Shown here in pieces: positions 40,545-48,665 of a stretch of DNA of 64,000 nucleotides (position 1 is the stretch's first letter; each line of letters opens with the position of its first letter). A model generated the notes under the pieces. That model searched no databases. It saw only the letters and a program-made list of their open reading frames with translations, and was not told where the DNA came from. The stretch lies in contig CAVZQN010000001.1 of assembly GCA_963777505.1 (NCBI GenBank), positions 480,001 through 544,000 on the forward strand. Direction: 5' to 3'. This stretch comes from an uncultured bacterium. Lineage in GTDB: Bacteria > Acidobacteriota > HRBIN11 > JAKEFK01. Made by a program: the position numbers and the translations under genes.

Positions 40545-41648
40545 TTAGCTTACCGATTGTAAGTTGCGGTAAAGCGTATCACGTTCAACAGGTTCACAGC
40601 CTGCTTCTTTGATCATGCGGATCAAATCAGATCGAGTGATTGCTTGTGGTGTTTTTGCACCAGCCGCATGCGTAATCCGTTCTTCAGCAACTGTGCCATC
40701 AATATCATCAGCACCAAAACGGAGAGCCATCTGCGCGATTTTTGGTCCGACCATGATCCAGTACGACTTAATATGCGGAAAGTTATCCAGCAAAAGTCTG
40801 GAGATTGCAATATTTTTCAAATCATCAAAGCCTGTTGTTTCTGGAAGATACTCCAACGGAGTATTCGCTGAATGAAATGCAAGGGGAATGAAAGTCTTAA
40901 AACCGCGTGTTTCATCTTGCAGTTCGCGCAATGAGATTAAATGATCAACACGCTCTTCAAATGTTTCAACATGTCCATACAGCATCGTTGCATTGGAGTG
41001 AATCCCCATTCGATGTGCAACGCGCACGACATCGAGCCATTCCTGGCCCGAAATTTTTCCTTTCGCAACCAGATTGCGTGGACGTTCCGCAAAAATTTCA
41101 GCTCCGCCTCCTGGCATGCTGTCAAGTCCCGCTTCAACCAGCTGACGTAAAGTTTCCTCAATGCTTATTTTTTCAAGCTTCGCAAAAAAATCGACTTCAA
41201 CAGCGGTGAATGCCTTTAAGTGAATTTGCGGAAGCCTCTCTTTGAGGCCTTTCAGCATATCCAGATAAAACTGAAATGGCAGATCCGGATGCAAACCGCC
41301 TACAATGTGAAACTCTGTTGCGCCTTCCTGTGCTCCTTCTTCAGCCCTGCGATAAATTTCATCAAGTGACATGGTATAGGCTTCTTTGGAACGAACATTC
41401 TTCGCAAAGGCACAAAGCCCGCACTTCAAAACGCAAACATTTGTCGGCTCAATGTGGCGATTCACATTAAAAAATGCTTTATTTCCGTGAAGTTTTTCGC
41501 GGACATAATTGGCAAGTGAACCAATTGCGAGTAATTCGTTCGAATGGTAAAGCCTGATTCCATCTTCACGATTTAGACGTTTTCCGGAATAGACTTTTTC
41601 GGCAATATCTGAGAGTTCGGTTTTCTGGATGTATGCTTCTGCAATCAT
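40545..41648 (-). CDS. mqnE: Aminofutalosine synthase (radical SAM)
   Basis: NRHIEPTNVCVLKCGLCAF, EFHIVGGLHP, PGGGAEIF, FGADDIDGT. Confidence 0.9.
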   Translation of the reverse strand: MIAEAYIQKTELSDIAEKVYSGKRLNREDGIRLYHSNELLAIGSLANYVREKLHGNKAFFNVNRHIEPTNVCVLKCGLCAFAKNVRSKEAYTMSLDEIYRRAEEGAQEGATEFHIVGGLHPDLPFQFYLDMLKGLKERLPQIHLKAFTAVEVDFFAKLEKISIEETLRQLVEAGLDSMPGGGAEIFAERPRNLVAKGKISGQEWLDVVRVAHRMGIHSNATMLYGHVETFEERVDHLISLRELQDETRGFKTFIPLAFHSANTPLEYLPETTGFDDLKNIAISRLLLDNFPHIKSYWIMVGPKIAQMALRFGADDIDGTVAEERITHAAGAKTPQAITRSDLIRMIKEAGCEPVERDTLYRNLQSVS

Positions 41649-41693
41649 AAATTGCTAATTATAAAACCACGCGCGCTGGCAGTCCAACAAAAC

Positions 41694-42545
41694 CTAAAAA
41701 TAGAGGTCTAAACTGGCAAAAAAGAGCAGAAGTACCCCTACAGCACCATTAATTGTGAAAAATGCCTCATTAACACGACTTAGATCCGCTGCGCTTACGA
41801 GAGTATGTTCATAAACCAGAAGCGCCCCAACAAATCCGACTCCAAGGTAGTACAGCCAGCCGAGTTGAGCCGCAGCTCCAAAACCGATGAGTAATAGGAT
41901 TGTCATTACATGACAAATACGCGAAATCATAAGAGCTGTTGGTATTCCAAAGCGGGAAGGCACTGAATGCAATTGATGAGTCCGATCGAATTCTGCATCC
42001 TGGCAGGAATAAATCAGATCAAACCCGGCAACCCAAAACAAAATTGCAAAACTTAAAATCACCGGTTCGCGATCCAGCGTCCCTTTAATTGCAATCCATG
42101 CTCCTGAAGGTGCAATTGCAAGGGCGAGACCGATGAACCAGTGGCTGAGAGCCGTGAATCTTTTTGTAAATGAATACCCAAAAATGATAACAAGCGCCAG
42201 CGGTGATAAGGCAAAAGCGAATGGATTTAATCGATATGCAGCATAGATAAAAATTGCTGAACAAACACAAACAAAAATAGCAACGAAAGGTACAGAAAGG
42301 AGTCCGGCTGCAAGCGGCCACTTTTGCGTTCGCGGATTCAAGCTGTCGTACTTTCGATCTACGAGTCTATTAAAAGCCATTGCACAGGAACGCGCAGCAA
42401 CCATCGCTACAAGAATCCACAAAACCTGTGAAGGTTTCGGTAGGCCGTTTGAAGCAACAAGCGCGCTGATGAGCGCAAACGGCAGAGCAAAAATGGAATG
42501 CTCTATCTTGATCATCCGGAACGTTAACGCGAGTTTTGAAATCAT
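41694..42545 (-). CDS. UbiA-family prenyltransferase (MqnP-like)
   Basis: IEHSIFALPFA, MAFNRLVD..D..NPRT, YSFTKRFT, FDLIYSCQD..FD. Confidence 0.92.
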   Translation of the reverse strand: MISKLALTFRMIKIEHSIFALPFALISALVASNGLPKPSQVLWILVAMVAARSCAMAFNRLVDRKYDSLNPRTQKWPLAAGLLSVPFVAIFVCVCSAIFIYAAYRLNPFAFALSPLALVIIFGYSFTKRFTALSHWFIGLALAIAPSGAWIAIKGTLDREPVILSFAILFWVAGFDLIYSCQDAEFDRTHQLHSVPSRFGIPTALMISRICHVMTILLLIGFGAAAQLGWLYYLGVGFVGALLVYEHTLVSAADLSRVNEAFFTINGAVGVLLLFFASLDLYF

Positions 42546-42556
42546 CTTTTTAGAAG

Positions 42557-43150
42557 TTACTCTTTGCCCCAACGTTTGCTGATGTTGTGTTCCAGGCCAA
42601 ACTGATCCAGGATTCTTGCAACGACAAAATCGATCAAATCAGCGATTTGAGCAGGACGATGATAAAACCCTGGGGCCGCCGGAAGGATCACTCCACCCGC
42701 CTGGGTAATTCGCAAACAATTTTTAAGATGGATTAAAGACAAAGGCGCTTCTCGAATGACAAGAATCAATTTGTGTCTTTCTTTTAAAGCAACTTCGGCA
42801 CCCCGTTGAATTAAGTTGTTAGAAGTTCCTGCAGCAATATTTCCAAGGCTGCCAGTGCTGCAAGGCACAACGATCATTCCCGAAGTAGGATAACTTCCGC
42901 TTGCGATAGGTGAGTAAAAATTAAAATTATCGTAAAAACTGAATTTTGAGCTTTCTCTCCCCAGAATCTTTGAAATATTGAAATTCTGTGCAGAAACAGA
43001 AATCGACATCTCTTGCTTTAGAAGAATGAAGCCATTCGTAGAAATTACCAGATGAACTTTTTCGACTTGCGGAAGTTCATCGAGTACTTGAAGCAGTCGA
43101 ACTGCATAAGGGGCTCCGCTCGCGCCTGAGATTCCAACACTAAGTTCCAT
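42557..43150 (-). CDS. ubiX: Flavin prenyltransferase
   Basis: GISGASG, IASGS, PCS, LKER, RE.P, PGFYHRP. Confidence 0.94.
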   Translation of the reverse strand: MELSVGISGASGAPYAVRLLQVLDELPQVEKVHLVISTNGFILLKQEMSISVSAQNFNISKILGRESSKFSFYDNFNFYSPIASGSYPTSGMIVVPCSTGSLGNIAAGTSNNLIQRGAEVALKERHKLILVIREAPLSLIHLKNCLRITQAGGVILPAAPGFYHRPAQIADLIDFVVARILDQFGLEHNISKRWGKE

Positions 43151-43187
43151 GACGATAAATAACCTGAACTGTTATAATAACGCATTT

Positions 43188-44069
43188 ATGATGCCTACTT
43201 TGACCCGAACAGATTTCCCGGGAGTCTCGATCGTAATTCCTGCATATAACGAGGAAAAAGCCATAGCAGGAGTTGTCGAAGAAATCCAAAAAGTCTGCCA
43301 CGAACAAAATCTCGATTTCGAAATTATTGTTGTAGATGACGGCTCAACAGATCAGACCTTGCAGACGGTTTCCGGAAAATCGATCAAAGTTTTGCAACAT
43401 CCGGAAAATAGAGGTTATGGAGCCAGCATAAAGACTGGAGTTCTGGCCGCAAAACATCCATGGATTCTGATTACAGATGCTGACGGCACGTATCCTGTTT
43501 CTGAAATTCCAAAACTTCTTCAGGATTTTGATCAATATGACATGGTCGTTGGTTCTAGAACCGGTGAAGATGTCAACATTCCTGCAATAAGAAAGCCTGC
43601 AAAATGGATGTTGAATAAACTCGCTAATTTCATGGTTGAAGCTCATATTCCTGATTTAAATTCTGGATTCCGCCTATTTCGAAAGTCTTCGTTTTTGCGA
43701 TTCGCAAATATTTATCCGGCCGGTTTTTCCTTAACTACGACGATGACACTTGCTCTTTTGAGCAGCGATCAGGCCGTCAAATATGTACCGGTCAACTATT
43801 ACAAACGTCAAGGGCATTCGAAGATTCGTCCGTTTCGGGATACATATAACTTTTTCCTGCTTGTGTTACGAACAATCATGTATTTTGATCCATTGCGTAT
43901 TTTCATGCCTGTTGCCCTCATTCTTTTTTTAATCGGCGTCCTGTTTTCCGCATGGGAAATTTATGTTTTTCAAAACATAACAACTGCTGCAACAATTGTA
44001 TTGTTTGCGGCACTTCAAACTGCGATTCTAGGATTGCTGGCGGATTTAATCGTAAAAGGCCGGCGATAA
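43188..44069 (+). CDS. GT2 glycosyltransferase with C-terminal TM helices
   Basis: IPAYNE, VVDDGSTD, NRGYG, DADG, DLNSGFR. Confidence 0.9.
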   Translation: MMPTLTRTDFPGVSIVIPAYNEEKAIAGVVEEIQKVCHEQNLDFEIIVVDDGSTDQTLQTVSGKSIKVLQHPENRGYGASIKTGVLAAKHPWILITDADGTYPVSEIPKLLQDFDQYDMVVGSRTGEDVNIPAIRKPAKWMLNKLANFMVEAHIPDLNSGFRLFRKSSFLRFANIYPAGFSLTTTMTLALLSSDQAVKYVPVNYYKRQGHSKIRPFRDTYNFFLLVLRTIMYFDPLRIFMPVALILFLIGVLFSAWEIYVFQNITTAATIVLFAALQTAILGLLADLIVKGRR

Positions 44070-44077
44070 ACTCAGGA

Positions 44078-44099
44078 GCCGGCACAATGCCGGCGTTAC
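44078..44099 (-). repeat. REP-like palindrome
   Basis: GTAACGCCGGCATTGTGCCGGC on the minus strand. Confidence 0.5.
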
Positions 44100-44106
44100 A
44101 AAACCC

Positions 44107-45312
44107 TTGGAAGAATCTGTAGTCACTATCGAAAAAATGGTCTATGGCGGCAAAGGCCTTGCCCGCTTAAATGGTCAAGTTGTTTTCGTTCCATTCACAT
44201 TACCTGGTGAAAAAGTCCGGATCCACATCACAAAAAGGCATCGCGACTACCTCGAAGGTGAAGTCATTGAGGTAGTGGAGCCTTCGGCATCAAGGATCGC
44301 ACCTGATTGCGCTTATTTTGGCCGATGCGGTGGATGCCAGATCAGTCATGCTACTTATGAACATCAGATTCAAACGAAAGTAAGTGTTCTGAAAGAAACT
44401 CTGAATCGCAACCAGATCAGTTTTCCAGAGCCTCAGGTGGTTCCAGGAAGCCCATTTCATTACAGGCATCGAGCACAACTTAAATACAGTGCACGTAAGC
44501 GGGAACTCGGCTTTTATGAAACCGGTTCAAACCGGATTGTGGATATTCAGAAATGTTTATGTCTGACTCCGGGTTTAAGTCAGCTCATGATTGCTTTACG
44601 AAACGAGCTTGCGACGACACCTGTTCAAAATTTAAGTGAGATTGAGTTGTACGAAAATGAGATCGGAGAGACCGCCGCTTATTTCAACTCGAAACTTCCA
44701 TCCGTGTTGCGTGAACGATTCTCAAATGTCACACGCGTCTTTGGTGCAGATGATGTTGCTCAAACAAGTTTGATGTTGAAGTTTCGTGATTCGCAATTTC
44801 CAATGCAGCCCGATATTTTCCTGCAAATAAATCCAGGGCTATGGAAAGCGATGATTCAAGAGGTTGAAAGTCATTTTGAAAATAATCCATCTGCAGTCGT
44901 TGCAGAATTCTATTGTGGTGCAGGTTTTTTTACAGTTGTCATTGCGCATCATGTTCAAAAAATTTATGCGAGCGAAGAAAATCAGAAAGCCATTGAGTTT
45001 GCGAAAGCCCACCACAAAGAAAGAAACATCGAATGGATACAAGCGCGAGCTGAGGATTACAAAATTCCAAATGATGTGACCGCAGTTCTTGTGGATCCGC
45101 CTCGCGCCGGGTTACAGAAGAATGTCATCGCACAATTGCTCAAAAATAGACCGAGACAGGTCACGTATGTTTCCTGCGATCCAACGTCTTTTGCACGTGA
45201 CTTGAAGCAGTTAAGTTCCGTGTATGAAATAAAACGCCTTGTCCTGCTTGATTTATTCGCTCAGACCTACCACTTCGAAACTATTGCTCTGCTTCGCATC
45301 TCTGCGGTTTAA
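44107..45312 (+). CDS. RlmD/TrmA-family RNA m5U methyltransferase
   Basis: TRAM domain, CAYFGRCGGC, FLQIN, YCGAG, VDPPRAG, YVSCDP. Confidence 0.9.
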   Translation: MEESVVTIEKMVYGGKGLARLNGQVVFVPFTLPGEKVRIHITKRHRDYLEGEVIEVVEPSASRIAPDCAYFGRCGGCQISHATYEHQIQTKVSVLKETLNRNQISFPEPQVVPGSPFHYRHRAQLKYSARKRELGFYETGSNRIVDIQKCLCLTPGLSQLMIALRNELATTPVQNLSEIELYENEIGETAAYFNSKLPSVLRERFSNVTRVFGADDVAQTSLMLKFRDSQFPMQPDIFLQINPGLWKAMIQEVESHFENNPSAVVAEFYCGAGFFTVVIAHHVQKIYASEENQKAIEFAKAHHKERNIEWIQARAEDYKIPNDVTAVLVDPPRAGLQKNVIAQLLKNRPRQVTYVSCDPTSFARDLKQLSSVYEIKRLVLLDLFAQTYHFETIALLRISAV

Positions 45313-45323
45313 TAAGTTCCGAA

Positions 45324-46163
45324 ATGATTCAGCCGATCAAGCTAGGAAAGTTCGCTTTATATCCGTTACTGGATAGTCACTTCAAATTGGATGGCGGATC
45401 AATCTTTGGCGTTGTGCCCAAAACTTTGTGGAAACGTTTTTACTCGGCCGACGAATTCAATCGGATCCGGCTTGCTGTGCGGCCGCTTCTGGTTGAAGCG
45501 GCAGGCAAATGGATCTTAATTGATACGGGCATCGGGGACAAATTTGACGACAAAAAGAACAACATCTATGCAGTCGAGCCTCAACCAGGATTAGCTGCGC
45601 AGCTTAATGAGGTTGGCATAACACATTCTGATATTGCTGTGGTGATCAATTCACATCTTCATTGGGATCATGCTGGAGGAAATACAGAGCGGCGGAAAGA
45701 TGAATGGATCCCTGCCTTCCCTAATGCACGTTATGTGGTACAGCGTGGCGAATATGATTTTGCGACGCACTTGAATGAACGAACCCGCGGGAGTTATCGG
45801 ATCGAAGATTATGTAGCTCTTGAGAAACTGGGATTGTTTGATTTTGCCGATGGTGACACAACAGTATTGCCGGGCGTGCGCGTACTCCATTCCGGTGGAC
45901 ATGTTCCGCATCATCAGTGTGTTCTGCTGGAATCTGATTCGCGAACTGCATTTTTTTTAGGCGATTTACTACCAAGTCATGCGCATCTTTCATTGCCTTA
46001 CATCATGGCTTTTGACATAAATCCATTAGAGACGCTTGAAAAAAAGAGGGAGTATTTGGAAAAAGCATCAGAGGAAGGCTGGCTTCTGTTTTTCGTACAC
46101 GATCCCGATCAGCCGTATGGTCAGGTAGTAAAATCTGATTCTGGATTCTCCTTGAAGTTATGA
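45324..46163 (+). CDS. MBL-fold hydrolase (YtnP-like)
   Basis: FKLDGGSIFGVVPK, SHLHWDHAGG, GGH, GDL, HDP. Confidence 0.88.
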   Translation: MIQPIKLGKFALYPLLDSHFKLDGGSIFGVVPKTLWKRFYSADEFNRIRLAVRPLLVEAAGKWILIDTGIGDKFDDKKNNIYAVEPQPGLAAQLNEVGITHSDIAVVINSHLHWDHAGGNTERRKDEWIPAFPNARYVVQRGEYDFATHLNERTRGSYRIEDYVALEKLGLFDFADGDTTVLPGVRVLHSGGHVPHHQCVLLESDSRTAFFLGDLLPSHAHLSLPYIMAFDINPLETLEKKREYLEKASEEGWLLFFVHDPDQPYGQVVKSDSGFSLKL

Positions 46164-46849
46164 AAGAAAAAATCCTGATTGTCGATGATGATCCGGCAAT
46201 GTTGAATTTGCTGCATACAGAGCTTTCGTCCGAATACGAAGTGCTCAGGGCTGAGAATGGCGAGAAAGGATTGTTACTGAGCATGCAGCACACCCCACGG
46301 CTCATCATTTCAGATATCAACATGCCTGAGCTGAATGGCTGGGAGTTTTGCTATCTTACGAGACAAATCCCATCCACGAAGACAATTCCTTTCGTTTTTT
46401 TGTCGAGCCGTTCAGAACTTCCAGACCGGGTTCAAAGCCTCAGGCTTGGCGCAGATGATTTCATTGCGAAACCATTTTCGATGGAAGTCCTTCTGACCCG
46501 GATCCGAATCGTTTTCGAACGAGTGCGCCGCCGGCAGATTGCTATCGAGAGTAAAGCTGCGTTCGATGATCAAATCAATACTTTGATGATTGATTTGCTG
46601 GAATATCTGCGCGCAAATAAACGTTCAGGAATCGTCGAATTTAACAGAATGGGCCAACACGGGACAATTACGGTATTTGAAGGCCAGATTATTGATGCAG
46701 ATTTTGAAGAAAAAAAAGGAGAAAGCGCGCTTCGGATGATGATTTCATTGGAGTCTGGCGAAGTTGCATTCAAAGAAAGAAAAACGATAAAAGGTGTTCC
46801 ATTGATAAAAGACTGGCCAGGCTTTCTTGTTTCTTTTTTGCCAGATTAG
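46160..46849 (+). CDS. Response regulator with a DUF4388-like output domain
   Basis: ILIVDDD, ISDINMP, LGADDFIAKPF; C-terminal DLLEYL...RSG..G.I...GQIIDA. Confidence 0.85.
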   Translation: MKEKILIVDDDPAMLNLLHTELSSEYEVLRAENGEKGLLLSMQHTPRLIISDINMPELNGWEFCYLTRQIPSTKTIPFVFLSSRSELPDRVQSLRLGADDFIAKPFSMEVLLTRIRIVFERVRRRQIAIESKAAFDDQINTLMIDLLEYLRANKRSGIVEFNRMGQHGTITVFEGQIIDADFEEKKGESALRMMISLESGEVAFKERKTIKGVPLIKDWPGFLVSFLPD

Positions 46850-46950
46850 GCAAGTGAGGCTATAGTTAAACGCTTTTGCCCGATTTTGGGCAGTTTAGAA
46901 TGCGCGCTAGTCCGTTTACACTGAGGCTCGCTGGATTGCGTTCTTTTGCG

Positions 46951-46979
46951 TTGACACGACGGCGGTAAAGTAGTAGCAT
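46951..46979 (+). promoter_or_regulatory. sigma70-type promoter of the M23 gene
   Basis: TTGACA-17 bp-TAGCAT. Confidence 0.65.
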
Positions 46980-47085
46980 ACAAATTTCCTATTGGCGGCA
47001 ACGTCCAGAAGAGGACTTAAGTCCCATCCGCTGCCGACGGCTACTGCCGTAAAACATGAAGAATTCTGTCAGGAGGACGCTATCG

Positions 47086-47985
47086 ATGGCGGACCAGAGA
47101 TTTACGATAATTGTAGTTCCGCACGCTAGATCCAGCCTACGTAAATGTCAGATTTCAACCCGTATTTTATCTTATGCTCTCATTGCGCTTTCCGCTCTGT
47201 TTTTGGTTGGAATCGGTGTTTTGGTTCATTACGTGAAGCTGTATCGAGATGCTCGGAACTATGTACTGCTTGAACAACAAAATCAAGAATTACGAGCAAA
47301 TTTAGAACAATCCCAGCTGTTAACTCAGAAGTTAAACCGTAAGCTTTCATTTCTCACTGATCTGTCAAATAAACTGAAAGTTATGGCGGGACTTCCGCTT
47401 GAAGTTTCAAACACAAAGAGGCTACCAAAACCGGGAATCGGTGGAGTTACGATGTATACCACAACCTCAGGTATCCCGGACTCAGGACGTTTATTGCAGA
47501 TCGAAAAACGCGCACAGTATCTGGAACAAAGCTTCGATGTCCTGAATGAGTACTTCCATCACCAGAACACTGCTCTTTCCTTTACTCCCTCAATTCTTCC
47601 CTCTGCGGGATTTCTGTCGTCGTATTTTGGTGCTCGACGGAATCCCTTTACGAATGCTCCTGACTTTCATGAGGGTATCGATATTACGAATGAAACCGGA
47701 ACGCTGATTGTTTCACCGGCAGACGGTAAGGTTTTGTTCGTTGGTCAGAAAGGTAGCTACGGCAACGTTATTGAAATCATGCATCGTGGCGAAATTAAGA
47801 CCCTTTTCGGTCATATGGATGAAGTACGGGTTAAAGTTGGCCAGGAAGTAAAACGCTGGGACGTTATCGGAACTGTGGGAAATACTGGGAAAAGTACAGG
47901 TCCTCATCTGCATTATGAAATCCATGTTGGGGAAAGTCCGGTAAATCCACTGCCCTACATTCTGAATCTGGATACTTTGGGTTAG
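47086..47985 (+). CDS. Membrane-anchored M23 peptidase with coiled coil
   Basis: AGGAGG before ATG 47086; HEGID, YGN, GNTGKSTGPHLHYE. Confidence 0.92.
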   Translation: MADQRFTIIVVPHARSSLRKCQISTRILSYALIALSALFLVGIGVLVHYVKLYRDARNYVLLEQQNQELRANLEQSQLLTQKLNRKLSFLTDLSNKLKVMAGLPLEVSNTKRLPKPGIGGVTMYTTTSGIPDSGRLLQIEKRAQYLEQSFDVLNEYFHHQNTALSFTPSILPSAGFLSSYFGARRNPFTNAPDFHEGIDITNETGTLIVSPADGKVLFVGQKGSYGNVIEIMHRGEIKTLFGHMDEVRVKVGQEVKRWDVIGTVGNTGKSTGPHLHYEIHVGESPVNPLPYILNLDTLG

Positions 47986-47992
47986 CGCAGCT

Positions 47993-48610
47993 TTATTTGC
48001 CCAGAGCTTTCAATTCTTTTGCAGCGTGCTGATTTGACGGGTCGCGTTTCAAAGCTTCTTGAAATTTCTGTCGCGCTTCTTCCTTACGGTTCATAGACTT
48101 CAGAACAAGGCCTTCTTGATGGAGAACCTGTGACATCCAGAAGTCATCCGTGTGCAGCAAGTTCTCAGCTCGTTGAAGGAATCCCAGTGAACGTTCGTAG
48201 TCTTTTTGATTCGCAGCAATGACGCCAAGATAATAATAAGGCTTGCCATTTGTCGGGCTCACTCTCAAGGCCTGTTCAAAAAGCTGTTCTGCCTCTTCCA
48301 AATTTCCGGTATTCAGTTGCTTGACTCCTCCTTCCATTAATTTTGTAGACGCGGGGTCTGCCTTTGAAGGCTGCCGTGGCTTCATCTGCGGCGCTTCAAG
48401 CGGAGGTTTCGTTGGCTTTGGAGGCTCCTCCGGTTTTGGAGGTGGAGGCTCAGGCGTTGGAGTTGGTGACTCAGGTTTCGTCGGCGCAGGCTCCTGCGGA
48501 GGATCAATCGTAGGTTCACCAGGAGGAAGTCTTTTTGGACCGCAACCGGTCACGGTCACGAAAATTAGAAAGAACACTATAAGAACAACAAATTTCACCT
48601 TAATAATCAC
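47993..48610 (-). CDS. TPR lipoprotein with Pro-rich linker (LpoP-like)
   Basis: Lipobox VTGC, about 55 aa Pro-rich segment, TPR motifs. Confidence 0.8.
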   Translation of the reverse strand: MIIKVKFVVLIVFFLIFVTVTGCGPKRLPPGEPTIDPPQEPAPTKPESPTPTPEPPPPKPEEPPKPTKPPLEAPQMKPRQPSKADPASTKLMEGGVKQLNTGNLEEAEQLFEQALRVSPTNGKPYYYLGVIAANQKDYERSLGFLQRAENLLHTDDFWMSQVLHQEGLVLKSMNRKEEARQKFQEALKRDPSNQHAAKELKALGK

Positions 48611-48665
48611 AAATTACTCCAGCGTCAATAATAGGTCTTTCTATTTCATCTTTCAGCGTTCATCG

